A stretch of DNA of 62,162 nucleotides from assembly GCA_964494155.1 (NCBI GenBank), contig CAZBQX010000002.1, positions 67,780 through 129,941 on the forward strand. Direction: 5' to 3'. This stretch comes from an uncultured Syntrophales bacterium (GTDB lineage Bacteria > Desulfobacterota > Syntrophia > Syntrophales > JAAYKM01). A model generated the notes under the pieces. It did not search any database. It worked only from the letters and a program-made list of their open reading frames with translations, and had not been told where the DNA came from. The position numbers were made by a program, and so were the translations under genes. Shown here one piece after another: positions 9,102 through 19,327 of the stretch. The first letter of the stretch is position 1. Every line of letters begins with the position of its first letter.

Positions 9102-11556
9102 AGCGGTTTTCCATGTCGGGGGACTGAATTGTGCCGCGTGTGTTCACCGCCTTGAGCAAGGATTGGGCAACCAACCCGGGGTCAGGGAAGCGACCGTTAA
9201 TTTGGTTACGGAACGGGCGACCGTGGTTTATGATCCGACGATAACGGATTCCGATCGACTGGCCAAGGCCGTGGCGGAGATTGGCTATAACGTTCGGATG
9301 GTGGAAGAATCGGACCGCGAAGACCGGCAAAAGCTCACCGTATCCGTGGGGGGAATGACCTGTGCCGCCTGTGTCCGCCGCGTCGAGCAGGCCATTCTTG
9401 CGGTGCCGGGTGTTCGGGACGTGAATGTGAATCTGGCCACGGCGCGAGCATCCTTAACGTATGATTCCCAAATGTGGGGTGGTCTGGAAGCGGTCCGGCG
9501 CGTGATAACCGACGCCGGCTACGAATATCTGGGCATTCCAGATGACATGGGGGACGATCCGATATCGCGGGCCAGGGAGCAGGAAGTCCGGGATTTGAAG
9601 AGACGGGTGGCCGTAGGGGCGGTGCTGAGCGTCATCATTTTCCTGGGCTCCATGCAGCACTGGTTTCCTTTCCTCAATGCGTTTCCCCGCTCTGCGGTGC
9701 TTTACACGCTTTTTATCCTGACGACGCCGGTCGTCTTCTGGGTCGGGGAGCGGTTTTTAGTCGGAGCTTACAAAGCGGCCCGTCAGAAAACGAGCGACAT
9801 GAATACCCTGGTGGCTGTGGGCGCCCTGTCGGCCTATGGCTACTCCACGGCCGCGACGCTTTTCCCAGGGTTATTTACCCAGGCTGATTTAGTCCCCTAT
9901 GTCTATTACGACGGGGCGGCCATGATCATTACCCTGATTCTCCTGGGACGCCTCCTGGAGGCCAAAGCGAAGGGGCGGACATCCCAGGCCATCCGGAAGC
10001 TTATGGATTTAAGACCAAAATTTGCCAGGGTGATCATTGATGGCGAGGATAAAGACGTCCCTGTGGAAAAGCTGGTTACAGGAGACCTGATTCTCATCCG
10101 TCCGGGAGAACAAATTCCCACGGATGGTGTGGTCACCGCCGGTGAATCTTCCGTTGATGAATCCATGTTGACCGGAGAAAGCGTCCCCGTGGAAAAAAAC
10201 GTGGGGAGCAAGGTGTTTGCGGCAACATTGAACAAAACCGGGAGCTTTCAGTTCCGGACGACGGGAATCGGAGCCGATACGGTTTTTGGACAGATCGTCC
10301 ATCTCGTCCAGGAGGCCCAGGGCTCGAAGGCCCCGGTCCAGCGTCTGGCGGACCGAATTGCTTCCATATTTGTGCCCGTCGTTTTTGTCGTGGCCTTGAT
10401 AACTTTCCTTGTCTGGTATTTTCTTGTCCCGAACGCCGCCTTCAGCCGCGCGCTTTTGAATTTCGTCTCCGTTGTCGTCATTGCCTGTCCCTGTGCGCTG
10501 GGATTGGCCACGCCTACGGCGGTGATGGTGGGAACCGGAATTGGAGCTGAGCGGGGGATTCTGATCAAGGGTGGTGAAACCCTGGAAAAGGTCCATCATC
10601 TGACAACGGTGGTTTTTGATAAAACCGGGACGTTGACCCGGGGGGAGCCCGTCGTTCAGGATATCGTGCCGGCCGCAGATACTGCTGCGGAGGATATCCT
10701 GCAAATCGCCCTTTCTGTGGAAGCCGTGTCAGAACACCCTTTGGCGCAGGCGGTCGTTCGTGCGGGGCGCGCCCGGGGCTTAACGCCGCAGCCCCTGGGA
10801 AATTTTGAGGCCGTCTCCGGGAAGGGCGCAAAAGCCGTCATCGATGGAAAAATCTGTCTTGTGGGAAATCTGAGACTGATGGAGGAGATGAACATTTCCC
10901 TCCAAGGCCTGGAGCGCGAAGTCGATGCCCGCTCCGAACGAGGGGAGACCTGTGTTTTTGTGGCATTGTCTGACAGGATGCTGGGGATTGTATCTTTTGC
11001 CGATCAGCCGCGGGAATCCGCGTTGTCGGCGGTCAAGTCGCTCAAACAGATGGGACTGAAACTCATGATGATTACAGGAGACCATCCGGCGACCGCGCAG
11101 GCCGTCGGCCGATCTCTGGGTATAGCTCATATCATGGCCGGTGTTTTGCCCGGTGACAAAGCGAAGACCATACAAGGCCTTCAGGCACAGGGTCAGGTGG
11201 TGGCCATGGTTGGAGATGGAATCAACGATGCTCCGGCCCTTGCTGCAGCCGATATCGGCATTGCCTTAGGCGCCGGGACCGATGTGGCTATGGAAACCAG
11301 CGACATTACACTGATCCGGAATGATCTGGATATGGTTCCTGCGGCAATCCGATTATCCCTGAATACCTTGAAAGTCATCCGCCAGAACCTGTTCTGGGCG
11401 TTTATTTATAATATTGTGGGGATTCCCATTGCGGCAGGTGTTCTATATCCCTTTTGGGGGATACTTCTCAACCCGGAATTTGCCGCAGCGGCCATGGCCT
11501 TGAGTTCGGTTTCCGTGGTGACCAACTCCCTGCGTCTCAGGCGGTTTCCGGTTTAA
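9085..11556 (+). CDS. copA: Copper-translocating P1B-type ATPase
   Basis: Two CAAC HMA domains, [22 protein letters not shown] and MALSS; start set at ATG 9085. Confidence 0.95.
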   Translation: MTSPSKAVFHVGGLNCAACVHRLEQGLGNQPGVREATVNLVTERATVVYDPTITDSDRLAKAVAEIGYNVRMVEESDREDRQKLTVSVGGMTCAACVRRVEQAILAVPGVRDVNVNLATARASLTYDSQMWGGLEAVRRVITDAGYEYLGIPDDMGDDPISRAREQEVRDLKRRVAVGAVLSVIIFLGSMQHWFPFLNAFPRSAVLYTLFILTTPVVFWVGERFLVGAYKAARQKTSDMNTLVAVGALSAYGYSTAATLFPGLFTQADLVPYVYYDGAAMIITLILLGRLLEAKAKGRTSQAIRKLMDLRPKFARVIIDGEDKDVPVEKLVTGDLILIRPGEQIPTDGVVTAGESSVDESMLTGESVPVEKNVGSKVFAATLNKTGSFQFRTTGIGADTVFGQIVHLVQEAQGSKAPVQRLADRIASIFVPVVFVVALITFLVWYFLVPNAAFSRALLNFVSVVVIACPCALGLATPTAVMVGTGIGAERGILIKGGETLEKVHHLTTVVFDKTGTLTRGEPVVQDIVPAADTAAEDILQIALSVEAVSEHPLAQAVVRAGRARGLTPQPLGNFEAVSGKGAKAVIDGKICLVGNLRLMEEMNISLQGLEREVDARSERGETCVFVALSDRMLGIVSFADQPRESALSAVKSLKQMGLKLMMITGDHPATAQAVGRSLGIAHIMAGVLPGDKAKTIQGLQAQGQVVAMVGDGINDAPALAAADIGIALGAGTDVAMETSDITLIRNDLDMVPAAIRLSLNTLKVIRQNLFWAFIYNIVGIPIAAGVLYPFWGILLNPEFAAAAMALSSVSVVTNSLRLRRFPV

Positions 11557-11572
11557 TAAGGAAAGCTTTCCC

Positions 11573-11601
11573 TTGACTTATCATGGTCAAAAAACTAAAT
11601 T
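11573..11601 (+). promoter_or_regulatory. Sigma70-type promoter with overlapping TTGAC-N8-GTCAA palindrome
   Basis: TTGACT (11573-78), 17-nt spacer, TAAATT (11596-601); palindrome 11573-11590. Confidence 0.55.
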
Positions 11602-11692
11602 GAATGCCATATTGGACATATAAAGGTGGGTTTCCCTCAGCGGGCATTGTGGCTGAAAAGGTTTTCAAACGAAACTTACAATAAGGAGGCAT

Positions 11693-12211
11693 ATGATGAG
11701 TGACAGTAGATTGGATGCGTTGAAACGCGCACTGAAAATGGAAGAGGACGGAAAAAAATTCTACGAAAAATGTCTGCGGGAGACTAAAAACGACACCGGT
11801 CGCTGGATGTTCGAGTTCCTGATCCGGGCCGAAGAGTCTCATATAAGAAAATTCAATGAGTTGTACAAAACCCTCGAGAGTTCAGGTAACTGGCCGAAGC
11901 AGGAGACCTCCGAAGCCCGAGATGTGCCGGTCAATATCTTTGCCGAGGCACTGGTAAAAAGCAAGGATAAGGAAGCCGGAACCGCCGATGACATTGAGGC
12001 CATCAAAACGGCGGCCGGGTTTGAGGAAGACGGGATCAAGTATTACCAGTCGCTGGCGGCGGGCGCGACGGATCCCATGGAAAAGAAGTTTTATATGCTT
12101 TTGGTAAATGAAGAGACGGAACATTTTCTCAGCCTGATGGATTCCCTGGCTTTCATGGAAAATCCCCAGCTTTATTACCATCAGAAGGAAATGACGCGGG
12201 GACACTGGTAG
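11693..12211 (+). CDS. Ferritin-like (rubrerythrin/erythrin-type) di-iron protein
   Basis: Duplicated E..(FY) and ExxH motifs: MEEDGKKFY/AEESH and FEEDGIKYY/EETEH; no rubredoxin domain. Confidence 0.85.
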   Translation: MMSDSRLDALKRALKMEEDGKKFYEKCLRETKNDTGRWMFEFLIRAEESHIRKFNELYKTLESSGNWPKQETSEARDVPVNIFAEALVKSKDKEAGTADDIEAIKTAAGFEEDGIKYYQSLAAGATDPMEKKFYMLLVNEETEHFLSLMDSLAFMENPQLYYHQKEMTRGHW

Positions 12212-12240
12212 AGTCGAATACGGCATATTTGTCCTTTTTT

Positions 12241-12279
12241 CAGCGCCCTTCGGCTCAACACCGGAGGCGCTGGCATTTT
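12241..12279 (+). terminator. Possible terminator after ferritin-like gene
   Basis: Stem cagcgcc...ggcgctg followed by a short T run. Confidence 0.4.
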
Positions 12280-12418
12280 AAAAGGTTCTTGAATACAAGG
12301 GCAGGCGATTCCCTTTCTATTAGTGATTGCCGGAGTTCTCGAGATTATGGTATAGGCAAAGACCTTCTGAAGAATAAAAACGTTATATGTGCGAGAAGGC
12401 ATAAACGGAGGGTTGGGC

Positions 12419-13438
12419 ATGTTCAAATCCGCGATAACCGAAATGTTTGGTGTCAAGTACCCCATCATCTGCGGAGCCATGATGTGGTTGTGTAAACCCA
12501 AATTCTGTGCCGCAATTTCCAATGCCGGTGGCATGGGAAATCTCACGGCGGGCAATTATTCAACCGAAGAAGAATTCCGCAATGCCATCCATGAGACTCG
12601 GAAACTGACGGATAAGCCATTTATGGTCAATATAACCTTTGTACCTTCGTTTCGCGAGTATTACCGTTTACCGTCTCTGAAAGTCACAACGGCACAGCAC
12701 GACGAGTTCATCCGGGTTTGTATCGAAGAGCAGGTTGCGGGAATCGAGTTTTCCGGGATGCCTCTGGATATCGCATCAGGGATGAAAACCGTTGAGATGC
12801 TGAAAAAGGCTAACGTCAAGATATTCCATAAGTTGGGATCGGTGAAACATGCCCTGCATGCTCAGAAGGTGGGTTATGACGGCGTGTATGCCGTGGGGTT
12901 TGAAGGCGGCGGCCATCCTCAGAAGGATGATGTGACCACCATGCTGCTCACGCCCCGGGTGGTTGATTCCATAGAGATGCCTGTGATCACCGCAGGCGGT
13001 ATCGCCAACGGTCGTTCCATGGCGGCGGCCCTGGTGCTGGGTGCCCAGGGCGTCATGATGGCCACCCGTTTTATTGCCACACGGGAATGTGATGTCCATG
13101 AGAATATCAAGCATGAACTGCTTCGGCGGGGCGAATCCGAGACGACTATTTTTGGCCGTACGGTTGGCTTTCAGGGAAGAGCTTTGCGCTGCAAGCTGAT
13201 TCAGGATATCGTGGATGTGGAACAGCGCCATGGCGGTCTGCGGGAACTCATTCCACTTCTTTCCGGTCAGAAAATCAAGCAGGCCTGGGATGCGGGCGAT
13301 GTCGATCGGGCACCACTGATGATCGGTCAGTCCATCGGACTGATCCAGGATATTCCTTCCTGCCAGGAGCTTTTGGACCGCATGGCCAAAGAAGCGGTGC
13401 AGCACGTGAAAAAGGTCACAGCCATGATCCAGGCTTAG
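12419..13438 (+). CDS. Nitronate monooxygenase / FabK-like flavin oxidoreductase
   Basis: YPIICGAM, SNAGGMG, GFEGGGH, VITAGGIANG, GAQGVMMATRF, IGQSIGLI; start ATG 12419 after GGAGG. Confidence 0.88.
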   Translation: MFKSAITEMFGVKYPIICGAMMWLCKPKFCAAISNAGGMGNLTAGNYSTEEEFRNAIHETRKLTDKPFMVNITFVPSFREYYRLPSLKVTTAQHDEFIRVCIEEQVAGIEFSGMPLDIASGMKTVEMLKKANVKIFHKLGSVKHALHAQKVGYDGVYAVGFEGGGHPQKDDVTTMLLTPRVVDSIEMPVITAGGIANGRSMAAALVLGAQGVMMATRFIATRECDVHENIKHELLRRGESETTIFGRTVGFQGRALRCKLIQDIVDVEQRHGGLRELIPLLSGQKIKQAWDAGDVDRAPLMIGQSIGLIQDIPSCQELLDRMAKEAVQHVKKVTAMIQA

Positions 13439-13522
13439 GTAAGGGGTGTTCTTTATCATGAAATTGTGCGGAACCTTACCCTGGGGGGTGATCCGGAGGT
13501 CGGATCGTCACCTCAAGGAGTC

Positions 13523-14293
13523 ATGAAAATGTTAGTCGATTCACATGCCCACCTGGAGATGGAGGATTTTGACGAAGACCGGGAACAGGTCATCGCCAGA
13601 GCCCGGGAAGCCGGTGTCAGCCGGATCATTACGGTGGGAATCAATCTTGCCGATTGCCGCCGGGCGGTTGCACTTGCGGAACAATTCGATGGAGTCTATG
13701 CTGCTGTCGGTATCCATCCTCACGATGTAAAGGAGATTGGTCAAGACACCTACGACCAATTGGGCGCCCTTGCCCGGCGGGAAAAGGTCGTGGCTTATGG
13801 GGAAATCGGGCTGGATTTTTTCCGGAATTATGCGCCACGGGAAATGCAGATCCGGTGTTTTGGAGAACAACTGGATTTTGCTCAGAGCCTTGATCTGCCT
13901 GTAATCATTCACGATCGCCAGGCGCATCGGGAAACCGTGGATATGCTGAAGGGGTGGAAAGGCCGCAATCGAGGTATCATTCATTGTTTTTCCGGTGATT
14001 ACAATCTGGCCCGTCAGTGTCTCGATCTGGGTTTTTTTATCTCTATACCGGGAACGGTCACTTATCCCAAGGCTGAAGAGCTTCGCGATGTCGTGAAGCG
14101 GGTTCCCCTGAGTGATCTGCTGGTTGAAACGGATTGTCCCTTTCTGGCGCCCCAGACATACCGAGGTAAGCGGAATGAACCGGCTTATGTCGTCCAAGTT
14201 GTTAAAAAGATTGCCGAAATCAAAGGTATTTCCCTCCTGGAAGTCGAGGAGGCAACGACCGGTAATGCCCAGGAGGTTTTTGCTTTACATTAG
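13523..14293 (+). CDS. tatD: TatD-family hydrolase
   Basis: DSHAH, GIHPH, GEIGLDF, IHDR, IHCFSG, ETDCPFL; start ATG 13523 after AAGGAG. Confidence 0.93.
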   Translation: MKMLVDSHAHLEMEDFDEDREQVIARAREAGVSRIITVGINLADCRRAVALAEQFDGVYAAVGIHPHDVKEIGQDTYDQLGALARREKVVAYGEIGLDFFRNYAPREMQIRCFGEQLDFAQSLDLPVIIHDRQAHRETVDMLKGWKGRNRGIIHCFSGDYNLARQCLDLGFFISIPGTVTYPKAEELRDVVKRVPLSDLLVETDCPFLAPQTYRGKRNEPAYVVQVVKKIAEIKGISLLEVEEATTGNAQEVFALH

Positions 14294-14342
14294 AGACTCA
14301 CTGTGTTAGGTCTCCGCCCGAGACGGGTTCTCTGAATTTACT

Positions 14343-14422
14343 GTTGTTTCGTAAAAGGGGTGCCGATTTGGCTGAGATAATACCCTTCGAACCTGATCTG
14401 GGTAATGCCAGCGTAGGGAGTG
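14343..14422 (+). ncRNA. TPP riboswitch (THI element)
   Basis: GGGGTGC...GCTGAGA...ACCCTTCGAACCTGATCTGGGTAATGCCAGCGTAGGGA upstream of thiamine genes; end coordinates approximate. Confidence 0.95.
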
Positions 14423-14447
14423 GCAAGATACATTGATTTGGTACTAC

Positions 14448-14484
14448 AAAGGCCATGTTCCGGATGTCGGGAGTGGCCTTTTTT
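14448..14484 (+). terminator. Riboswitch-controlled intrinsic terminator
   Basis: aaaggcca...tggcc followed by T6, between the aptamer and the first ORF. Confidence 0.8.
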
Positions 14485-14504
14485 GTTGATGGCATGAATC
14501 AGGG

Positions 14505-15227
14505 GTGCTGATCATGATTCAGGGTCGTAGATCCGGGCGGGCAGCAGGCCGAAACATCGTTTTCATTGTCGCCGGTGGACCGCTGACGGATATCCTTTTT
14601 CTGCGACAGAGGATTTTGGAGGCAAATCCCGCGGAGGTGATCTGCGCGGACGGCGGGGCGCGTCATGTGCTGGCGCTGGGTATGATGCCCCGGACGATCA
14701 TCGGCGATATGGATTCCCTGTCATCGGAAGTCCTGGGTAACCTTCGGAAATCGGGCTGCCGAATTCTGGAGTACCCGGTGCGTAAGGATGAAACGGACAC
14801 AGAACTGGCCCTCCGGTATGCCCTGGAGTTAAAACCCTTGGAAATTGAGATTTACGGCGCCTTGGGCGGAAGAATCGACCACACGTTGGCCAACATTTCC
14901 CTCCTGGTCATGGCCGCCCGGAAGGGGATCAAAACAAGGATCGTCGATGCCGCGACGGAAATGTTTGTCTTATCTGGAGACTCAGAAATTACAGGAAATC
15001 CGGAAGACATCGTTTCCCTCTTTCCCCTAACAACAGAAGTATGCGGCATCACCCTTGAGGGATTTGAGTTTCCTTTGCAGCAGGCGACGATGGCAATCGG
15101 GAAACCCTATGGCATCAGCAATCGCTTACTGGCGCACAGGGGGACCATATCCATGACGTCCGGTTACCTGCTGGTGATTAAATCTCGGCCGGATGAGAAG
15201 CCCAAAATAGGAGGTGGTGAATCATGA
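14505..15227 (+). CDS. thiN: Thiamine diphosphokinase
   Basis: CADGGA, IGDMDS, KDETDTELAL, GALGGRIDHTLANI, GISN; start GTG 14505 or ATG 14514. Confidence 0.9.
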   Translation: MLIMIQGRRSGRAAGRNIVFIVAGGPLTDILFLRQRILEANPAEVICADGGARHVLALGMMPRTIIGDMDSLSSEVLGNLRKSGCRILEYPVRKDETDTELALRYALELKPLEIEIYGALGGRIDHTLANISLLVMAARKGIKTRIVDAATEMFVLSGDSEITGNPEDIVSLFPLTTEVCGITLEGFEFPLQQATMAIGKPYGISNRLLAHRGTISMTSGYLLVIKSRPDEKPKIGGGES

Positions 15228-16030
15228 AACCTGCCCGGGTTTTGACAATTGCCGGGTCCGACTCCGGGGGCGGCGCGGGTATTCAGGCGGACCTGAAAAC
15301 GATTACCGTGCTGGGGGGGTTCGGGATGAGTGTCATTACGGCGCTGACGGCTCAGAATACCATGGGGGTGCACGGCATTTTCGATGTGCCGCCGGAATTT
15401 GTGGCCAGGCAGTTTGATGCCGTGCTGACGGATATCGGGGTTGACGCCGCCAAGACGGGGATGCTGGCTCAAGAGGATATCCTGCGGGTTGTGATCGATA
15501 AGATACGTGAATATCGCATCGCAAAACTGGTTGTGGACCCGGTCATGGTGGCCAAAGGCGGGGCTCTTTTGATTCGGGGAGATGTAATGACCCTCCTGAA
15601 AACAGAACTGATCCCCCTGGCTTTTGTGATTACGCCGAACATTCCCGAGGCGGAAGTGCTGGCGGCGATGCCCATTAAAACGCATGACGATATGAAAGAA
15701 GCGGCCAGGCGGATTTTCGCGCTGGGCGCCCGGCATGTCCTTGTCAAAGGGGGGCATCTGGAGGGGGCGGCTCTCGATATCTTTTATGATGGCGCGAACT
15801 TTCAGGAGTTCATGGCGGAGCGGATCGACACACCGAATACCCATGGTACGGGATGCACCTTTTCGGCTGCCCTGGCGACAGGGATTGCCCAGGGGAAGAA
15901 TATTTTGGAAGCGGTGACGCAGGCAAAAGACTACATTACGGAGGCAATTCGCTATGCCTTTCCCCTCGGGTCGGGTCACGGCCCGACGAACCATCTCGCC
16001 CCCGTAGCCAGGAAGTGGGGCGCCCTGTAA
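15224..16030 (+). CDS. thiD: Hydroxymethylpyrimidine/phosphomethylpyrimidine kinase
   Basis: IAGSDSGGGAGIQADLKT, KTGML, DPVMV, TPNIPEAE, THGTGCTFS. Confidence 0.96.
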   Translation: MKPARVLTIAGSDSGGGAGIQADLKTITVLGGFGMSVITALTAQNTMGVHGIFDVPPEFVARQFDAVLTDIGVDAAKTGMLAQEDILRVVIDKIREYRIAKLVVDPVMVAKGGALLIRGDVMTLLKTELIPLAFVITPNIPEAEVLAAMPIKTHDDMKEAARRIFALGARHVLVKGGHLEGAALDIFYDGANFQEFMAERIDTPNTHGTGCTFSAALATGIAQGKNILEAVTQAKDYITEAIRYAFPLGSGHGPTNHLAPVARKWGAL

Positions 16031-16113
16031 AGCCTCAGGGCTTTTGGTCGCAATAAAGATTTTGTATAATACTCGTAGAGGCACGAAGATACAGATCCCG
16101 GATCTGTTGGAGG

Positions 16114-17409
16114 ATGTTTATGACACAGTTGGACATGGCACGAAAAGGCATCGTTTCGGAAGAAATGCAGCATTGTGCCGACGTGGAGAAGGTCAGTCCC
16201 GAATACATCCGGAAGGGTGTTGAGGACGGGACGATTGTGGTGGTCAGAAACCGGAAACACCAGGGGTGCGTCCCGGTCGCCATCGGACGAGGGTTGAAGA
16301 CGAAGATCAACGCCAATATCGGGACATCCCAAGATCACCATGATATCGCTTTTGAATTGGAAAAGGTGCGGATTTGTGTCGAAGCCGGCGCCGACGCGGT
16401 GATGGATTTATCGACGGGCGGTGATATCCGCTGCATTCGACGGGCTGTGATGGCTGCTTCGCCCCTGGTGGTGGGAACCGTGCCCATTTACCAGGCCGCT
16501 GCCGATACCCTGGCGGAAGGGCGTTCCATCGTCGAAATGACCGGTGATGACCTCTTTCGGGCCATTGAAGAACACGGAGAAAACGGCGTCGATTTCATTA
16601 CCGTCCATTGCGGAGTGACCAAAAGAAGCATCGGTTGTATTGTGGAAGAAGGCCGTCTGCTGGGGATCGTCAGCCGGGGTGGTTCGATTCTCGCCCGCTG
16701 GATTGACTATAATGACTGTGAAAATCCGCTTTATGAAGAATATGACCGCCTTTTGGACATTGCCTATCGCTATGACATGGTTTTAAGTCTTGGGGACGGT
16801 TTGCGCCCGGGTTGTATTGCCGATGCAACGGACCGAGGGCAGGTCCAGGAACTGCTTTTGCTGGGAGAACTGACCGAAAAGGCCCGTCAGCACGGTGTCC
16901 AGGTCATGATTGAAGGACCGGGTCACGTGCCTATCGGACAAATTGAGGCGAATATGCTCCTTCAAAAAAGACTTTGTCATGGCGCCCCTTTCTATGTCCT
17001 GGGTCCCTTACCAACAGATATTGCTCCCGGCTATGATCACATCACGGCCGCCATCGGCGGAGCCATTGCCGGGGCTGCCGGGGCGGACTTCCTGTGCTAT
17101 GTGACGCCTTCGGAGCATCTGCGCCTCCCCAATCTGGATGATGTCCGTGAAGGGATTATGGCCTCCAAACTGGCGGCCCATATTGCCGATCTGGCCAAGG
17201 GATTGCCCGGGGCGTTTGAACAGGATGCCCAGATGGCCCGCTACCGGAAGGAATTCAATTGGCAGGGGCAGATCGACTTGTCCATCGATCCTGTCCGGAC
17301 TGCAGCGTGGCTTGAGAAAAGCGAGGCAGCCAAGGAAGAGGGTTGCACCATGTGTGGAGAATTGTGTGCCATTAAATTGGGTAAACGGGACAGCCACCGG
17401 ATGTTCTAA
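16114..17409 (+). CDS. thiC: Phosphomethylpyrimidine synthase
   Basis: KINANIGTS, SRGGS, SLGDGLRPG, MIEGPGH, APFYVLGP, C-terminal CTMCGELC. Confidence 0.97.
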   Translation: MFMTQLDMARKGIVSEEMQHCADVEKVSPEYIRKGVEDGTIVVVRNRKHQGCVPVAIGRGLKTKINANIGTSQDHHDIAFELEKVRICVEAGADAVMDLSTGGDIRCIRRAVMAASPLVVGTVPIYQAAADTLAEGRSIVEMTGDDLFRAIEEHGENGVDFITVHCGVTKRSIGCIVEEGRLLGIVSRGGSILARWIDYNDCENPLYEEYDRLLDIAYRYDMVLSLGDGLRPGCIADATDRGQVQELLLLGELTEKARQHGVQVMIEGPGHVPIGQIEANMLLQKRLCHGAPFYVLGPLPTDIAPGYDHITAAIGGAIAGAAGADFLCYVTPSEHLRLPNLDDVREGIMASKLAAHIADLAKGLPGAFEQDAQMARYRKEFNWQGQIDLSIDPVRTAAWLEKSEAAKEEGCTMCGELCAIKLGKRDSHRMF

Positions 17410-17517
17410 TCGATACGCCGGGCTCGACATCTTTGACACACCTCTCTCCACAGCGGGTTCGGTATGTTAAGATATCATTGATGTGCTAAAGTTTGAAACA
17501 TACGGGGAAAAAGCCCT

Positions 17518-18870
17518 TTGACGGAACCGATGTCCAGTCATCAGCCGCCTCCTCGCGAGACGGCGACCCAGATTATCCGGCGCCTGAAAGAAGCGGGTTA
17601 CGAAGGATTTCTTGTCGGGGGCTGTGTTCGGGATTTGCTTTTAGGGACGGAACCCGAGGATTTTGATATCGTGACCTCCGCCCGGCCCGAGCATGTACAG
17701 GCCTTGTTTTCCAAGACCGTTCCCATCGGTCTGGCCTTTGGAATTATTCTGGTGATTGAGGCGGATCATGCCTTTGAGGTGGCCACCTATCGCCGGGAAG
17801 GAGGCTATGCGGACGGGCGGAGACCCTCTGAGGTCAGCTTCGGCAGCGCCGAGGAAGATGTGCAGCGCCGCGATTTTACCGTGAACGGTCTTCTCATGGA
17901 CCCCGAAACGGAGGTCGTCGTAGATTATGTCGGCGGTAAAAAAGATATAAAAAATCGCCTGATCCGCACCATCGGCTTTCCGGAAGAGCGGTTTGCCGAG
18001 GATCATCTCCGCATGCTAAGAGCCGTTCGGTTCGCCGTCAACCTCGATTTCGACCTCGATCCCCCTGTCTTTTCCGCCATCCGGGCTCATGCCGCCGCCA
18101 TCGGCCGCATCAGCGCTGAACGTATCCGTGAAGAATTGAACAAAATCCTCCTCCGGGGTCATGCCCGGCGGGGGATGGAACTGCTTGAGCAGTCGGGTTT
18201 GCTGCAGGAAATCCTGCCGGAGGTCACCGCTTTGCAAGGGGTCATGCAACCGCATCAATATCACCCCGAGGGGGATGTCTGGTCGCATGTGCTGCGTATG
18301 CTGGATTTCTTTTCAGGGGGATTCGGCGTCGAAAAAGATCAGCGACTGGCTTGGGCCGTTTTATTGCACGACGTCGGAAAGGCGGAAACACGTTCCACAG
18401 ACGACCGGGGCGTCCATTTTTACGGCCACGCCCAAAGAAGCGCGGAAATCGCCGAGAAGATACTTAACCGATTAAAATTCTCCACCGCGGATATGGAGTC
18501 TGTTCTTGCCCTCATCCGCCAGCACATGGTATTCATGTCTGTCAAGGAGATGCGGTGCCATCGTCTGAAGCGTTTTCTCCGCATGCCGGATTTCGATCTT
18601 CACTTGGAGCTGCACCGCCTGGATTGCCTGGGGAGCTTTGGTATGCTCGATGCTTATCTTTTTTGCCGGGATCAGTTGTCAGTTTTGTCCCGGGAAGCAC
18701 TCCATCCACCCCGGTTGCTGACCGGCCATGATCTGAAGGCGATGGGATTCCGTCCGGGCCCCCTGTTTCAGGAAATTCTTGATGCCTTGGAAACGGCGCA
18801 ACTGGAAGGAGAACTGACGACGGAAGAAGAAGCCCGCCGGATGGTACTTGACCGCTGGCATCCCCAGTGA
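17518..18870 (+). CDS. cca: CCA-adding tRNA nucleotidyltransferase with HD domain
   Basis: LVGGCVRDLL, DFDI, EVATYR, RRDFTVN, EDHLRMLRAVRF, HPEGDV...LLHDVGK. Confidence 0.9.
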   Translation: MTEPMSSHQPPPRETATQIIRRLKEAGYEGFLVGGCVRDLLLGTEPEDFDIVTSARPEHVQALFSKTVPIGLAFGIILVIEADHAFEVATYRREGGYADGRRPSEVSFGSAEEDVQRRDFTVNGLLMDPETEVVVDYVGGKKDIKNRLIRTIGFPEERFAEDHLRMLRAVRFAVNLDFDLDPPVFSAIRAHAAAIGRISAERIREELNKILLRGHARRGMELLEQSGLLQEILPEVTALQGVMQPHQYHPEGDVWSHVLRMLDFFSGGFGVEKDQRLAWAVLLHDVGKAETRSTDDRGVHFYGHAQRSAEIAEKILNRLKFSTADMESVLALIRQHMVFMSVKEMRCHRLKRFLRMPDFDLHLELHRLDCLGSFGMLDAYLFCRDQLSVLSREALHPPRLLTGHDLKAMGFRPGPLFQEILDALETAQLEGELTTEEEARRMVLDRWHPQ

Positions 18871-19327
18871 GAGACCCATGATATCCCATTCGACATATCG
18901 AAAGATATTGCTCCAAGGAACAACTTTACTTTTAATTCTCATCCTGTTAGCCTGTGCGGGAAAAGGGACGGTACCGACATCACCTCCGGCGGTCAAAGCA
19001 CACCGGGAACTACCCCCCACCCCGGTTGCTGACCGGCCATGATCTGAAGGCGATGGGATTCCGTCCGGGCCCCCTGTTTCAGGAAATTCTTGATGCCTTG
19101 GAAACGGCGCAACTGGAAGGAGAACTGACGACGGAAGAAGAAGCCCGCCGGATGGTACTTGACCGCTGGCATCCCCAGTGAGAGACCCATGATATCCCAT
19201 TCGACATATCGAAAGATATTGCTCCAAGGAACAACTTTACTTTTAATTCTCATCCTGTTAGCCTGTGCGGGAAAAGGGACGGTACCGACATCACCTCCGG
19301 CGGTCAAAGCACACCGGGAACTACCCC
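18706..19327 (+). repeat. Exact 311-bp tandem duplication (18706-19016 and 19017-19327)
   Basis: Both copies read base by base appear identical; the ORF track shows duplicated peptides [10 protein letters not shown]... and ...[11 protein letters not shown]. Confidence 0.95.
18878..19042 (+). pseudogene. Truncated duplicate of the NlpC/P60 lipoprotein N-terminus
   Basis: First repeat copy encodes the signal peptide and lipobox LLACAG, then runs out of frame into the cca copy and stops. Confidence 0.7.
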
